Virus record (IMG/VR): IMGVR_UViG_3300005832_000020
Location: 1 to 49,012 of that record
From: a virus
Length of the DNA: 49,012 nt
Strand: one strand, 5' to 3'
Shown: one piece after another, positions 15,347 to 25,893 of the stretch
Numbering within the stretch: the first letter of the stretch is position 1
How the letters are laid out: each line of letters opens with the position of its first letter
The notes under the pieces: generated by a model
Seen by the model: the letters and a program-made list of their open reading frames with translations, nothing else
Told to the model about the DNA's origin: nothing
Database searches by the model: none
Made by a program: the position numbers and the translations under genes

Positions 15347-15520
15347 ATGAAAGTTATTTTATACCGAAATAAGGAACCTGAAATGGGACTTGATATCTCG
15401 AAAGGATTCAAGATTGGGTTATTCACTAATTCAGGTGACGAACTTTTAGAAATAGACGTATCTATAACGCATTATGATAAAGAAGAAATAGATATAGATA
15501 TAACAGGAGGTAAACAATGA
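15347..15520 (+). CDS. Hypothetical protein (57 aa)
   Basis: aaaaggaggcaaaca precedes ATG 15347, an in-frame internal start of ORF 15284-15520. Confidence 0.6.
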   Translation: MKVILYRNKEPEMGLDISKGFKIGLFTNSGDELLEIDVSITHYDKEEIDIDITGGKQ

Positions 15521-15693
15521 TTCTCGATAAAGAACAATATCACTTGTGTGGTATATGTAAGCACCAAAAAGTGTGGATGGAATATGGTAAGCTGTTTATA
15601 GATTGTGACAAGGCTTGTGTGCCACATAGGGGACAAGCAAAATGTGGTATCTTAGAATGTAATAATTATAACCCATTATGGTCGGAGATCTAA
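15517..15693 (+). CDS. Small Cys-rich hypothetical protein (58 aa; CGIC...C...C...C...C, zinc-ribbon-like), below the ORF-track cutoff
   Basis: aggaggtaaaca precedes ATG 15517, with an ATGA overlap with the upstream stop. TAA at 15691-15693. It is the last gene of the + arm. Confidence 0.5.
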   Translation: MILDKEQYHLCGICKHQKVWMEYGKLFIDCDKACVPHRGQAKCGILECNNYNPLWSEI

Positions 15694-15778
15694 ACACGCA
15701 CTGGATAAAGTTTTTAACTTACTCATTATTCGTAGCCCTTTTACTTTTATCTGTTTATTTGTACCTCAAGGACGAAAA

Positions 15779-18700
15779 CTAAGACCCTGGTTTTATCCCA
15801 AGAATACTCTTGGAAAAACCCTTAAACCCCTCTTCCTCTGCTCCTCTCCACATTTGTTTCATTTGTAGACCGCCTGGAACAAGGATAGCCCCACTGTCCA
15901 AAATTTGCTTCAGGCGGCCTACAGCTTTTTCAGGCTCTTGAACACTCAACAACGCCCCAACAGCATGGTAGATTGGTGTCCAACTCGGAGGAATCATATA
16001 CTGATCTACAGTGCTTGGAAAAACCCCGAGACCAACACTTTTCATTGCCCTCTTTCTATCCCAAACCTGTTCCATCGCCTGTTCCGCAATAGCTGCCGAG
16101 AACATTCCTGTAATCGTAACCCCGATCTTATCCGCCGGTACTTCCCCAGTCCGCATCCACTTTTCAATCAGCGTTCCGTAGTTCATCCACCAAGTTTGAA
16201 AGATCATTCCAGTCTTGCCAATTATCCCAGCCTTACCAGTAACTATCGGAGCATCTGCAGCCCCGTACAAGTACTGTGTATCTGCAATAACATCAGAGAC
16301 CCAAATTTTCTTAGCTTCATCCAAGAGACCTCTTCTTAAATTATCTTCCAAAAGACTTTTTCTTAAATTATCCTCAATCTCCGTTGCCACCCAAGGATTT
16401 CTTTTCTTCAACCCGAGGAGGCCGATAAACCGCTTTATCTCTTCTGGACTATCAAGAGTAGTCTTACCCATCTTACCAAGAGCAGTTTCCCACTTATTCA
16501 TCGCAGCTCCGCCAGAGACATACCTATTCCATCTATCACTTCCTCTAAACATCCACATGGCAAAGTCTCTAACTCTATCAGTGCTTGGTAAGGCAAAACC
16601 TCCAATCTCTTTCATCCCCGGGAGTGCGTGCGGAGTTATAGCTGCTTCGGGAGCATAATCAGTAATAGCTCCAAGGCTTCTTATATACTCCCTTGTCTTA
16701 GGATTCATTGCTTTCTTTGCTCCAGCAACAAGATGCCCAAGCCCTTTTAACCCTCCAAGATCTGCTGGTACGGTTAAGAGTGGTTGAAACAAGTTCCTTA
16801 CTGCACTAAAAGGCTTAAACCCAAGAGCACCCATGTAAGTAAAATCGTTAACGGTCTGCCCGAGCTGCATTACCCTATCCGCATCCCAAATCCCCGTCCC
16901 ACCGAGTCTCTTTTCAATCCCACCTATTCCTTTGGTTAACCATTCTGCCACCTTATAATCCGTCGTAGAAGGCATGTGTAAAATCCGAGCCATCCAGTGC
17001 TCTGTATATTCTCTCCAAGCAGGCGGAAGCTTTTCTGCATACTTAACAATATCATCCATTACAGGGTAAACAAACATCTCCTTTCCCTGTGCTCTCAACC
17101 TAGCCTCAATCATTGTTGCAAAGTCAACAGGGGCACCTCTCTTAGGTTCAATCTTCTTCGCCTTGGTAAAGAAAGCTTGTGGTCCTCTCATTAAAGAGGT
17201 TTTCCATTCCTGTGCATATTGTGCTCCACGTTCAGCAAGTCGGGCTGTGTAGTTTTCTAGATAAGGTAAAAAAGTTCCCCTACTGTTAGCTCCTCCTAAA
17301 GTTAACTCTTTTTCAAGTTTACTAAGCTGTCTTTTCAGCGTATCCCCACTGGCAGTAAACCAAGGATGAGCATCTCCTGTTGAAACCAATCTTTTCCTAG
17401 CTGCAGACAAGATTTCTTTAAGCCCCAAAACCTTATCTGCATGTGACTTCCCTGCACTTGTCGCAAACAGATTAGCCACTTTGGGATTCAGTTCCCTAAG
17501 CATATAATCCAACGAGTTGTGTCCCCAAGCAGTCAATCCCTTGTTTACAAAAACTTGTCTTAGCTTGTGAGAAACAAATTCTCCATAAAGAACGTCAGAA
17601 TATTGATTCCACGCCTCTACAAGTAGCCTACTCGCCCCTCCTTTCGGCAATGTATTAACCAGTCTGGTAACCTCAGCCGCCTTTTCCAACATTACTTCTT
17701 CAGTAGCACCCCTGTAAACAGGCCGCATAATCTCATCTGTTTTCAACAAAACATCATAGGCAGCTTTTTGATCTGCTGCTCCAAAGTTAGCTGAAAAAGA
17801 AAAGCCACCAAACTTATCAAACTTTACCTTTCCAAGTTGCAACTCTTCCAACTTCTTTTGCCATAACAAAACCCTATCAAAAGTATAACTATTCGCCTCC
17901 CCGATGGCTGCCTTTCCTGGCTTGTAAATATTCTGATAAGTCCCAAGAGTCTCCTCTCCAGTTCCAAAAATTACCCTCGACGGAGTAAAATTTACCGGAA
18001 ACACTCTTCCTCTTCCAATAGCAGTGAGATTCCAAACTGCCCTTTTATCTCTAAGCATATCCAAGACCACGTTCGTAACCAGCTCCGGAGTAGCCTGATC
18101 AAAAGTCATCGCTTTCCCAAGATCTTCTCCGATAAACTTCTTTGCACCTGCCTTAAGAGCCACCTCTGCGTATTCAACTGGATACTTTCCTCCATAAACC
18201 TCTTTACCCAACGCTGTTCTAAAAAGCTTTTGATAGTGTTTGCTCTGCAATGTTTCACTTGACAATTTGTGCAAAGTATCTCTGGACAATGCCAACTTAA
18301 GTTGTGGTCCCCTCCAAGGACCCACGTACTCCTGACCCTTAACCCAACGAGTTGCTTCCTTAAAAGCTCCTGTAGGATCCTTGCCGAGGTATTTCCTTGA
18401 AATATAGGCATTTTTTAATAAGTCTTCAGACTCTCCTAACATAACTCTTGAAACTGCATCTGCTTCTTCCTTAGCAAATCCCATACTTTTAAGTTTCTTA
18501 TTCAACCTTTCCGCATAGTTAAACGGACTCCACTTGAGTTCCGGAGCCAATTCTCCTATTCCCCTTACCGCATCTTCTATCGGAAGAATCTTTTTAACCG
18601 CCTTTTGTCCAAAAGCCCACTTGGCAGCCTTCTGCCCTGCCTTAATTGCGGTCATAGAAGTCCCTGCCCAAAGTGCAGCTCCAAGGGCTTCAACTCCTAC

Positions 18701-18973
18701 TGCTTGAACTTTCTCCTCTGGACTCAGAGCATTGAACTTTTCCCTCTCACTCGGCAAAGCATATCGTGCTCCTGGTACGAATCCAAGTCCAACCTTAATA
18801 ACATCATACACCCAAGGAGCATCTTCCATTACCTCTCTTTCTTTACCAAACGGCAGAATCGCTTCACGGGCTGAAGGGGTTGAGGATAACGGTTTGACCT
18901 CAGAGAAAGCGTCAAAGGGTTTTTCTTCTATTGTACTACCTGGAGTAATATCATCTAATGGATTGTAGGGCAT
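15779..18973 (-). CDS. Large virion-associated protein (1064 aa). Its position matches a podovirus internal-core/ejection protein; a tape-measure-like role is not excluded.
   Basis: Long uninterrupted ORF, last gene of the late arm, following three other unassignable proteins. I recognised no catalytic motif. Confidence 0.3.
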   Translation of the reverse strand: MPYNPLDDITPGSTIEEKPFDAFSEVKPLSSTPSAREAILPFGKEREVMEDAPWVYDVIKVGLGFVPGARYALPSEREKFNALSPEEKVQAVGVEALGAALWAGTSMTAIKAGQKAAKWAFGQKAVKKILPIEDAVRGIGELAPELKWSPFNYAERLNKKLKSMGFAKEEADAVSRVMLGESEDLLKNAYISRKYLGKDPTGAFKEATRWVKGQEYVGPWRGPQLKLALSRDTLHKLSSETLQSKHYQKLFRTALGKEVYGGKYPVEYAEVALKAGAKKFIGEDLGKAMTFDQATPELVTNVVLDMLRDKRAVWNLTAIGRGRVFPVNFTPSRVIFGTGEETLGTYQNIYKPGKAAIGEANSYTFDRVLLWQKKLEELQLGKVKFDKFGGFSFSANFGAADQKAAYDVLLKTDEIMRPVYRGATEEVMLEKAAEVTRLVNTLPKGGASRLLVEAWNQYSDVLYGEFVSHKLRQVFVNKGLTAWGHNSLDYMLRELNPKVANLFATSAGKSHADKVLGLKEILSAARKRLVSTGDAHPWFTASGDTLKRQLSKLEKELTLGGANSRGTFLPYLENYTARLAERGAQYAQEWKTSLMRGPQAFFTKAKKIEPKRGAPVDFATMIEARLRAQGKEMFVYPVMDDIVKYAEKLPPAWREYTEHWMARILHMPSTTDYKVAEWLTKGIGGIEKRLGGTGIWDADRVMQLGQTVNDFTYMGALGFKPFSAVRNLFQPLLTVPADLGGLKGLGHLVAGAKKAMNPKTREYIRSLGAITDYAPEAAITPHALPGMKEIGGFALPSTDRVRDFAMWMFRGSDRWNRYVSGGAAMNKWETALGKMGKTTLDSPEEIKRFIGLLGLKKRNPWVATEIEDNLRKSLLEDNLRRGLLDEAKKIWVSDVIADTQYLYGAADAPIVTGKAGIIGKTGMIFQTWWMNYGTLIEKWMRTGEVPADKIGVTITGMFSAAIAEQAMEQVWDRKRAMKSVGLGVFPSTVDQYMIPPSWTPIYHAVGALLSVQEPEKAVGRLKQILDSGAILVPGGLQMKQMWRGAEEEGFKGFSKSILGIKPGS

Positions 18974-18981
18974 GTGTTAAC

Positions 18982-20436
18982 CTATTTAGGCTCGTTAGTA
19001 TAATGAAGTGGGTGTGAACCAGCTTTCGGAAGATTTTTGTAAAAGTTTTCAAGGATATTAAGTGAACTTGGTGTATTTCGTTGGTAGATTAGAACTTCCT
19101 CACGAGACATAGGAAGAACACTACCATCTGGTTGTCGTCTTAGCCACTGTCCTTGAGGTGATCGTACAACGTCCCAAGTACTCACATCTACCTTTGGCTC
19201 TTCCGGAGCTTGTGACTCTTCCTTCTTGACAAAACGATCTTCGAGCATTTGAATAAGCTCTTCTCCATAATAGATTGGTTTGCCATCTTGGTTAGCAATT
19301 ATGGTTCCCATTTCTGTCCTTGCAACAACACCATCTTTACGTTCTTCGAGGTAAAGAGGAATAGGTGTACCATCACTAAGGGTTTGAGCAATAGGAACCC
19401 CTTTGAAAATTCTTACCTGACCATCTTCGTTGTCAAAGGTATAAGCATTACCGAACCAGCGGTAGGGGTTGACTATCGACCGCATTTTCTTTTTAGGTAC
19501 AAAGACCACGTTGTGGTTAGCAAACCGAGGATCTTGTCCGATCGTTTCTTTGAGGGCGGTCTGCCAATCACTACCCTCTTCATGAAGTTGATGAGCTACA
19601 CGAGCAAGTTTCCCAGCTTCGGAATTATCTTGGTACTTGTCATCAAGCTTAAGGGCGGCAAAAGCAATAGCAAATGATTGTAAAAACTTCTCATTAGGAT
19701 CAAGCCCCTCCCCGCCCTTACGTTCAGGCCGCGGACCCAGGCGATGTGTTTTAACTTGTATTTTACCTTCAGAAAAAACGTCGAGGAAGAAACTATTAGT
19801 TACTACATCTTCACCTACAGTAACAGTATTACTCCCCTTATACACCAACCCGTTCTGTTGAATGAGAGCTGCAGGCGTGGTTCCATAACCCTTAGCTATT
19901 TCATCAAGTTTTAAAGTTTCCGCATCTGCGAGACTAGTTACTCCACGTTCATCTCTCAGAGCATACTCCCCATTACCAATTCCAATGAACCGAGCTGGGG
20001 GTACAGTGATTCCAACAAGTCGAAGCTTTGCATCAGCATAATCTTTCTGCTCAAAGATTTTATACGCTACATAATTAGGATCAGTTGCACCAGGTTCTAA
20101 AGGAGTTGGTTTAGGATAAGATTCTTCAAAATTTGCAAGCTTCTCTGCCATTGGGCTAATAGGTGTTTGATCGAGAAATGGTTGAAGAGAAGCTGCAAGC
20201 ATAGGAGGTAATTGAGCAGCAACACTTCTCATTGTTTTACGTGTATGCTCTCTCATAGACCGACTATTAGCAGTCTTATAAGTATCCATGAGATTACTCA
20301 TAGTTTGAATAGCCATGATCCTGGCCTCTTGAGCATAGAACCTATCTTGAGCTAAAGCACCTTGTTCTTGTTCATCTTTATATCTCTTAAGAGCCAGCAT
20401 TTCGCCAACTCTACTCGGTCTTCTTTCATAAAACAT
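18982..20436 (-). CDS. Hypothetical virion protein (484 aa)
   Basis: ggagg lies 6 nt upstream of ATG 20436, with a TGATG overlap with the upstream stop. Confidence 0.6.
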   Translation of the reverse strand: MFYERRPSRVGEMLALKRYKDEQEQGALAQDRFYAQEARIMAIQTMSNLMDTYKTANSRSMREHTRKTMRSVAAQLPPMLAASLQPFLDQTPISPMAEKLANFEESYPKPTPLEPGATDPNYVAYKIFEQKDYADAKLRLVGITVPPARFIGIGNGEYALRDERGVTSLADAETLKLDEIAKGYGTTPAALIQQNGLVYKGSNTVTVGEDVVTNSFFLDVFSEGKIQVKTHRLGPRPERKGGEGLDPNEKFLQSFAIAFAALKLDDKYQDNSEAGKLARVAHQLHEEGSDWQTALKETIGQDPRFANHNVVFVPKKKMRSIVNPYRWFGNAYTFDNEDGQVRIFKGVPIAQTLSDGTPIPLYLEERKDGVVARTEMGTIIANQDGKPIYYGEELIQMLEDRFVKKEESQAPEEPKVDVSTWDVVRSPQGQWLRRQPDGSVLPMSREEVLIYQRNTPSSLNILENFYKNLPKAGSHPLHYTNEPK

Positions 20437-21188
20437 CACAAACCTCCAACCGTTCCGCCGAAGTCTCCACGACTAACTCCTCCGTAATCTCCACCGCCAG
20501 TATCTCCAATACCAGGTCCACTTCCACCTTCTCCTCCAACAGGTCTACCAATTCCGTAGTCTATATCGTAGGGGGAATAACCACTCGCGTAGTTTACTGG
20601 ATCAGAGAAGAAACCGAAATTTGGATCTTGTGTAATCTTGTTAAAGGTACTTCGTCCGGTAATAGAACCATATCTATCTTCCAGTTCATCTCTCAAACCT
20701 TCATAAGATCTGGAGTTAAAAACATCCCCAACAACGTCACCGAGATACCCTCCTACAAGTCCTACACCAAGACTTGCAAATGCCCCAAGAGGCCCAAACG
20801 TTAACCCCAGAGCGCTCACACCCAGTTTCATTAACCTTTGGCCTACCTTAGCAAATGTTCCAGTAATAGAAGGTGTTTCTGTTTTCAACGCAGCTACAGT
20901 ACCGCTTTTGATAGAACTTCCCAAGGTGGCTGGTATATTAGTAAGACCTATAAACGGATTACCCATAAGGGTTCCCAGAGCAGTTTGGGCTACTAAATTC
21001 TTGACGAGAGAAGAGCCAAACTGTGAAGCAAAAGCTCTACCAGCCATGTTGGAAGTTCCTACGGAGCCTTGAACTCCAAGATTACCACCAAGCTCTCCTC
21101 CGATTGAAGAAAAAGCTGATTGCTCAACAGGACTTAATCTTGTAGGTTCCTTACCATAACTATGATCAAACCCATAACCACTAATCAT
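20436..21188 (-). CDS. Gly-rich hypothetical virion protein (250 aa) with hydrophobic GxxxG-type segments and a GG-rich tail; possibly an internal or membrane-inserting protein
   Basis: ATG 21188 lies 2 nt after the upstream stop. The composition is LGVGLVGGYLG...GGEGGSGPGIGDTGGGDYGG. Confidence 0.5.
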   Translation of the reverse strand: MISGYGFDHSYGKEPTRLSPVEQSAFSSIGGELGGNLGVQGSVGTSNMAGRAFASQFGSSLVKNLVAQTALGTLMGNPFIGLTNIPATLGSSIKSGTVAALKTETPSITGTFAKVGQRLMKLGVSALGLTFGPLGAFASLGVGLVGGYLGDVVGDVFNSRSYEGLRDELEDRYGSITGRSTFNKITQDPNFGFFSDPVNYASGYSPYDIDYGIGRPVGGEGGSGPGIGDTGGGDYGGVSRGDFGGTVGGL

Positions 21189-21190
21189 CA

Positions 21191-21808
21191 CTACCACCAA
21201 AGCTTATCAAAAGTATCCTGGCTTATATAGCTATCATTTCCGCCACCACCAAGAAAATCTTTTAACCAGTTATCCTGTTGAATATCTTGATAGATGTTAA
21301 TCCCAGATCCAAGTAAGTTACCCCCAAAGTTTAACCAATCCATAACTTCTTGATGACTTTGAATATCACCTTTTAATCCATATTCCTTGTTGAACTGTTT
21401 CTGCGCAAGAGCATACTCACCCCAAAACTTTTCACTCTCCCAAGCCATGCCTTCGCCAAACTTCTCTTTTTCCCACTCAAGTGCTTGTGAGAATTGTCCT
21501 TTGCTAAAACCAAGGGTTTCGTTAAACTGCCGCTTCTCTTCAGCAAGCGTTTGACCGTATTGCTTTTCGCCTATACTCACCTTACGCTCTTCTAAACCCA
21601 AGGTTTTCCCAAACTTTTCCTTTTCCCATTTGAGTGAAACATCAAACTCTCTCATTTGTTCATCAAGGGCAGAGTAGAACTTATCCATCTCAGCAAGGTA
21701 TGCACTCTTCCCAAGAGCACTGGATTTCAATTCAGTTTCATAAGCACCAGGAGTTTTGCGATAAGCTCCACCAGCTGGCCTGAACAGTTCAAAATCTTCA
21801 TAAGCCAT
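21191..21808 (-). CDS. Hypothetical protein (205 aa) with an internal repeat WEKEKFG...
   Basis: ATG 21808 forms a TAATG junction with the upstream stop. Repeats LKWEKEKFGKTLG and LEWEKEKFGEGMAWESEKFWG. Confidence 0.55.
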   Translation of the reverse strand: MAYEDFELFRPAGGAYRKTPGAYETELKSSALGKSAYLAEMDKFYSALDEQMREFDVSLKWEKEKFGKTLGLEERKVSIGEKQYGQTLAEEKRQFNETLGFSKGQFSQALEWEKEKFGEGMAWESEKFWGEYALAQKQFNKEYGLKGDIQSHQEVMDWLNFGGNLLGSGINIYQDIQQDNWLKDFLGGGGNDSYISQDTFDKLWW

Positions 21809-24303
21809 TATAGTATTTCTCCTATTGTATCTAAGATATAAATTATTTCCCAAACCTCCATATATGAATCATACGTTGGAGTTAACCTTGTAGTAATATA
21901 TTCCAACCCTACTTGAATTGCATTAAGATTAGGAATTGATACTTCTATAATCGGAACAGCCATTCCTGCATTACTCTCTGCAAGCGACATAGTTGTTGGC
22001 GTTGTATATGCAACGCCAGTATTACTTAAGTTAGAATAAAGTTTTATTGTAGCTATTCCAGCAGGCATAGCCTTCACCGCCGTCCACAGTTTTCTGAAAG
22101 TAAATCTAGTACTTAATCCTTCTGCAGATATAGCCATCAATGCTCTTGTTTTTATAGAATGATTAATTCCTACAGTAGTTGTAAGAGTTCTTTGATCTTC
22201 TATACCGATTTCAAGTTCTATTACATAACCACTATTGCAACCACCAAAGGTTCTCTGCTGACCAAACTGATCTATCAAATCAATACCACAAGTTAGAGGA
22301 TAATAACGTTGAAATGGAGGATACCAACCATTTAACTTTGTATTATAAACCAACTCAATAGTTGGCAAAATCAAGTGATACTCATTATTAACCTGATCAG
22401 TAAAAGCTTGCAAATTCAATAACTCAGAAGCTCCAAGACAATCATCATAATAAGGATTAAAGTAATTATCTACAGGCAGGGAAATCTTCTTTGTACTTGT
22501 TCCATAAGTCAAGTATGTTCCATCTTGAGCTTGCCAAATAGCTACATTAACCACCTCATCCCGTTGAAGTCCTTCGGTTCCTACTTCTACTACACTAGCA
22601 GATTTTGGAGCTACAATACCTTTACTACTAACCTTAGTTACTTTATAATCTCCATCAACAGCAAAGAGACCATTACGTTTCCAGACCAGTAGAAAGCTAC
22701 CAAAATTCTTAGCAACAAGAATTTCAGAATCATCTCCTATTGGTTCTGAATATCCACTTAAAGTTCCACTAAGATGATCCGGCATTCCTGGAGCAGAATA
22801 TCTCAACCTATTAGGCCACAGACTATCTCCCCACAAAACCAACGATCCATTAAATTCAACACAACCAGTATAAGTACTAAGAGCTTCTGGGTAAGCGGCA
22901 TAAACTCCAAGATATATTCTAACATCTGCACTTAATGCTGCTGAAATAGATATTCTATACCAATAACCTGGAACAGGGTCACCCTTAAGTGTTCTTCTTT
23001 GCGGAGTAACCACCGCTGCATCAAACCAAACTTTACCTGTTTGACTAAACGAACTGTCCAAAGCTCCATCTAATGTTTGATCTTCAATATTAGTTGTAAG
23101 TGCTGTCCAAGCATTACCAGTCCACACACCTATTTCATCTATCAAAGCTGCATTAGTATTGCTATAACCCCTAACTATACCAAAACCAAATCCAGCTGCA
23201 ATGTCTGGAGTTTTTATATAAATATAATCCGCTGTTTGCATAGCGGAAATATCTAAGTAAGTAGTTCCAGTTTCTACACTCAAATCTCCAAGTGCGTCTT
23301 GATATTCACCAATACTTTGATCGTAAAAAAGTATACCGCCTAAATACTGCCAAGTACCATCCCACTTAGGCGTAACAGTAGTTGCATCAAAGCATACGGT
23401 ACATTGCCTAACAGTAGCTGCATCAATAGCAGCACTAAAAGTAACTCTATACCAATAAGCCATAACCCCACCAATAACTTTCATTCTATCGGCAGAATTT
23501 CTTGTCCATTCTAAACTACCATCAATTGCATGAGTTGCCCCAGCCACAGCTGTTCCATCGGAAGCACTCACATCTGTCCAAGCTCCAGCTCTCCAGGCAG
23601 ACACAGTAGCAGTAGCCGCGTTATTATTTACCACAGAACCGAAGCTTAAATTAATAGAATCAGCAATCTCCGGAGAACCCACAAAATATGAATCACTCGC
23701 CCCGCTGCCTAATACTGCTACCTTAGTATCCAAAACATCTATTACTTCTTTGGTATAATCAGTTGCAGCTATTTCCGAGCTATCCCAAACAACAAAACCA
23801 ACACAGGATGGAGTATTACCACCGAAAGTAATAGGTGCACCAGAACCGTCTGCATAGAACCACTGTTCTCCAGAGATTGCAGAAAATCCGGGCTTGTTAC
23901 CTACAACAACGCCGAGGGAAGCTCCTAAATCAGTTACTTGTTCCAACGCATCTGCACTTGATACTCCAAGAAGGTCATCGCTGTTTTCCAACAGTAATGG
24001 ACTACTACTCTCTGTTAATAAATTAAACGTAGCGGTAGTATTACCTAAGAGTTTATTATTTATCTGAGTAAAAAAGTGAGAATCTCTATGCCTCGGGTTT
24101 ATATAATAATGAAGACTTGCAATACCCTTACCAGATTCTGCGGCAGTAGTGTTAAGCAAAGTGCTACCACTTCTACACCGCCACCCTCCAGTTGTCCCTG
24201 CTACTCTCACATTCTTACCATCAACAATAGAACCAGCCGGTAATAAAGAAGGTGGAGAAACTCCATCATAATGCCCAGTAAATCTTTCTTTAAACAGTTG
24301 CAT
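21808..24303 (-). CDS. Large tail protein (831 aa); size and position suggest a nozzle / tail-tubular-B-like protein
   Basis: TGATG junction at 24303. It lies downstream of the capsid genes and upstream of the internal-protein-like genes. The assignment is by gene order only. Confidence 0.35.
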   Translation of the reverse strand: MQLFKERFTGHYDGVSPPSLLPAGSIVDGKNVRVAGTTGGWRCRSGSTLLNTTAAESGKGIASLHYYINPRHRDSHFFTQINNKLLGNTTATFNLLTESSSPLLLENSDDLLGVSSADALEQVTDLGASLGVVVGNKPGFSAISGEQWFYADGSGAPITFGGNTPSCVGFVVWDSSEIAATDYTKEVIDVLDTKVAVLGSGASDSYFVGSPEIADSINLSFGSVVNNNAATATVSAWRAGAWTDVSASDGTAVAGATHAIDGSLEWTRNSADRMKVIGGVMAYWYRVTFSAAIDAATVRQCTVCFDATTVTPKWDGTWQYLGGILFYDQSIGEYQDALGDLSVETGTTYLDISAMQTADYIYIKTPDIAAGFGFGIVRGYSNTNAALIDEIGVWTGNAWTALTTNIEDQTLDGALDSSFSQTGKVWFDAAVVTPQRRTLKGDPVPGYWYRISISAALSADVRIYLGVYAAYPEALSTYTGCVEFNGSLVLWGDSLWPNRLRYSAPGMPDHLSGTLSGYSEPIGDDSEILVAKNFGSFLLVWKRNGLFAVDGDYKVTKVSSKGIVAPKSASVVEVGTEGLQRDEVVNVAIWQAQDGTYLTYGTSTKKISLPVDNYFNPYYDDCLGASELLNLQAFTDQVNNEYHLILPTIELVYNTKLNGWYPPFQRYYPLTCGIDLIDQFGQQRTFGGCNSGYVIELEIGIEDQRTLTTTVGINHSIKTRALMAISAEGLSTRFTFRKLWTAVKAMPAGIATIKLYSNLSNTGVAYTTPTTMSLAESNAGMAVPIIEVSIPNLNAIQVGLEYITTRLTPTYDSYMEVWEIIYILDTIGEIL

Positions 24304-24797
24304 CAGTCAACCTTAAGAACGAAGTGAAAACCCCAAGAATCTAAAACACCATCATTTTCAATAATTACCTCAAAGTAATTTGTCGTAGCCGTTCCAATTC
24401 CAAGTATAGGTCCATGTAACAAAGTAGTTAACCCGCCAACTACAGGTACAACAGTATAATTACTACTACCAAGGTTATGTGTAACCTTAAGTCTGCCTGT
24501 AGAAACTAAACTCGAAGTCCACGTAGCTGGTAAATCAACAGCTACTCCATCAGCCCCAACCCTTCCAAAATACAGACCAAAATCTTCAAGATCCAACACA
24601 CCACCACCAGCAGCATTTGAATGATCATGAGTAGCATTAACAAAGCTAGCAACTGTGGGTGTAACTATCGTTGGTGAACTAAAAACATTAGCTTTGGTAA
24701 TTTTCTTAGTTGTACTATCAGTATCATCTACAACGACAAAGATATCTGCATCTGCCAGAGTTGTAAGTGCACCAAGATCGCTTATTTTAGTTCCCAT
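24303..24797 (-). CDS. Tail-fibre-like protein (164 aa)
   Basis: The N-terminus KISDLGALTTLADADIFVVVDDTDSTTKKITKANV matches the common phage fibre/spike N-terminal pattern. TAATG junction at 24797. Confidence 0.4.
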   Translation of the reverse strand: MGTKISDLGALTTLADADIFVVVDDTDSTTKKITKANVFSSPTIVTPTVASFVNATHDHSNAAGGGVLDLEDFGLYFGRVGADGVAVDLPATWTSSLVSTGRLKVTHNLGSSNYTVVPVVGGLTTLLHGPILGIGTATTNYFEVIIENDGVLDSWGFHFVLKVD

Positions 24798-25648
24798 TAA
24801 TCTAATCCTCCAGTCCAGGTTGTATACCCTGGCGTAATCACACGATCAGCAGCCCACTCTTCGAGCAATTTCCTTTGATCAGCTGCAACACTTCTCCAGT
24901 AGCTAAAAATCTCAGGCTTAAAACTACTCGAAGGTTTAGCCATAGCACTTACCATCGCCTCTGTTATTATCATTGGATGAAATTCTGCTGGTATAAGCAA
25001 CGGATCAGTACCATACGTAAGCCCAGCAGCATAAGAAGAAGTTGTTGTAGCTTCTCTTGTATCTCCATCATAAGATATAACATAATCCACAGAAGTTACT
25101 CCAGCCAAGTCAATTACACGCAAAAGAACATCATCATAGTAAGCATCAAATGGACTAGCCTCTACACCAAGATTAGCAATATTAGAACCGCTTGGTGTAC
25201 TCGTTGTACCATAAGCAAGATCTGGAATCCTACACTGATACCAAATATCAACACTACCACTATAACTGGACTGAACCAATTCAATACTATCTTTCAACAG
25301 ATACGCAGTAAGTGCTCCATCATAAATTGGACTCGATTCCGGAGCATATAAACTCTTCTCCCTTACCGAGTTAATAAAATGAATAGGTCTTTTTGTTCCA
25401 ACTTCTTCCGCATAAACCGGCTTACTAAACCGCCCAGTACCCAGAGCATTAGTTATTGGAATTGACCCGTTTGTAGCTGTAAACGTATTCTTTTCCACGA
25501 GCCAATTACCCTTACTCATAGAAATCATAAGCACCATAGCTTCTTGTGCTCTATTAAGTCTATTAAGCAATTCAGCATCAGTCCAATGACTTGCTACTGA
25601 TTCGTTAAGATTTTCCCTCAGTTGTTTAATCATATCAATAGCATTCAT
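24797..25648 (-). CDS. Virion protein (283 aa), possibly a head-to-tail adaptor or tail-tubular-A-like protein
   Basis: The N-terminal HWTDAELLNRLNRAQEAM pattern and the position between the capsid and tail genes. Confidence 0.3.
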   Translation of the reverse strand: MNAIDMIKQLRENLNESVASHWTDAELLNRLNRAQEAMVLMISMSKGNWLVEKNTFTATNGSIPITNALGTGRFSKPVYAEEVGTKRPIHFINSVREKSLYAPESSPIYDGALTAYLLKDSIELVQSSYSGSVDIWYQCRIPDLAYGTTSTPSGSNIANLGVEASPFDAYYDDVLLRVIDLAGVTSVDYVISYDGDTREATTTSSYAAGLTYGTDPLLIPAEFHPMIITEAMVSAMAKPSSSFKPEIFSYWRSVAADQRKLLEEWAADRVITPGYTTWTGGLD

Positions 25649-25650
25649 AT

Positions 25651-25893
25651 TTAATCCTCATCATCCTGACCAGGAATTTCCTTTACCAGTGATGGCGGTG
25701 CTTGTTTGAGCAGTTCGATCTTCTTGTTCTCTGTTTGCTTCAGCAGTTGCATCAGTGTCTGCCCCTGGTCATAGTGGATTTGTATTTTATCCCTCAACAC
25801 CTGCGAAATTTTATTCCACTTTTCCATTTGCTTGGCAAATTCAATATCCTCTTTACTCAGCTTAAACTTCTCAACCTTATTAGTCTTTTCCAC
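25651..25893 (-). CDS. Hypothetical coiled-coil protein (80 aa)
   Basis: gggagag lies 6 nt upstream of GTG 25893. Confidence 0.55.
   Translation of the reverse strand: MEKTNKVEKFKLSKEDIEFAKQMEKWNKISQVLRDKIQIHYDQGQTLMQLLKQTENKKIELLKQAPPSLVKEIPGQDDED

Noticed and set aside
15694-15778. An expected bidirectional terminator where the two arms converge
   Set aside because: I found only weak 5-bp complementarity (aagtt/aactt) and no convincing stem-loop with U-tracts. I left it unannotated.
24875-25351. 158-aa + strand ORF antisense to 24797-25648, and similar antisense ORFs at 19249-19677, 26711-27079 and 45048-45530
   Set aside because: They are shadow ORFs opposite well-supported late genes, with no RBS and implausible composition.
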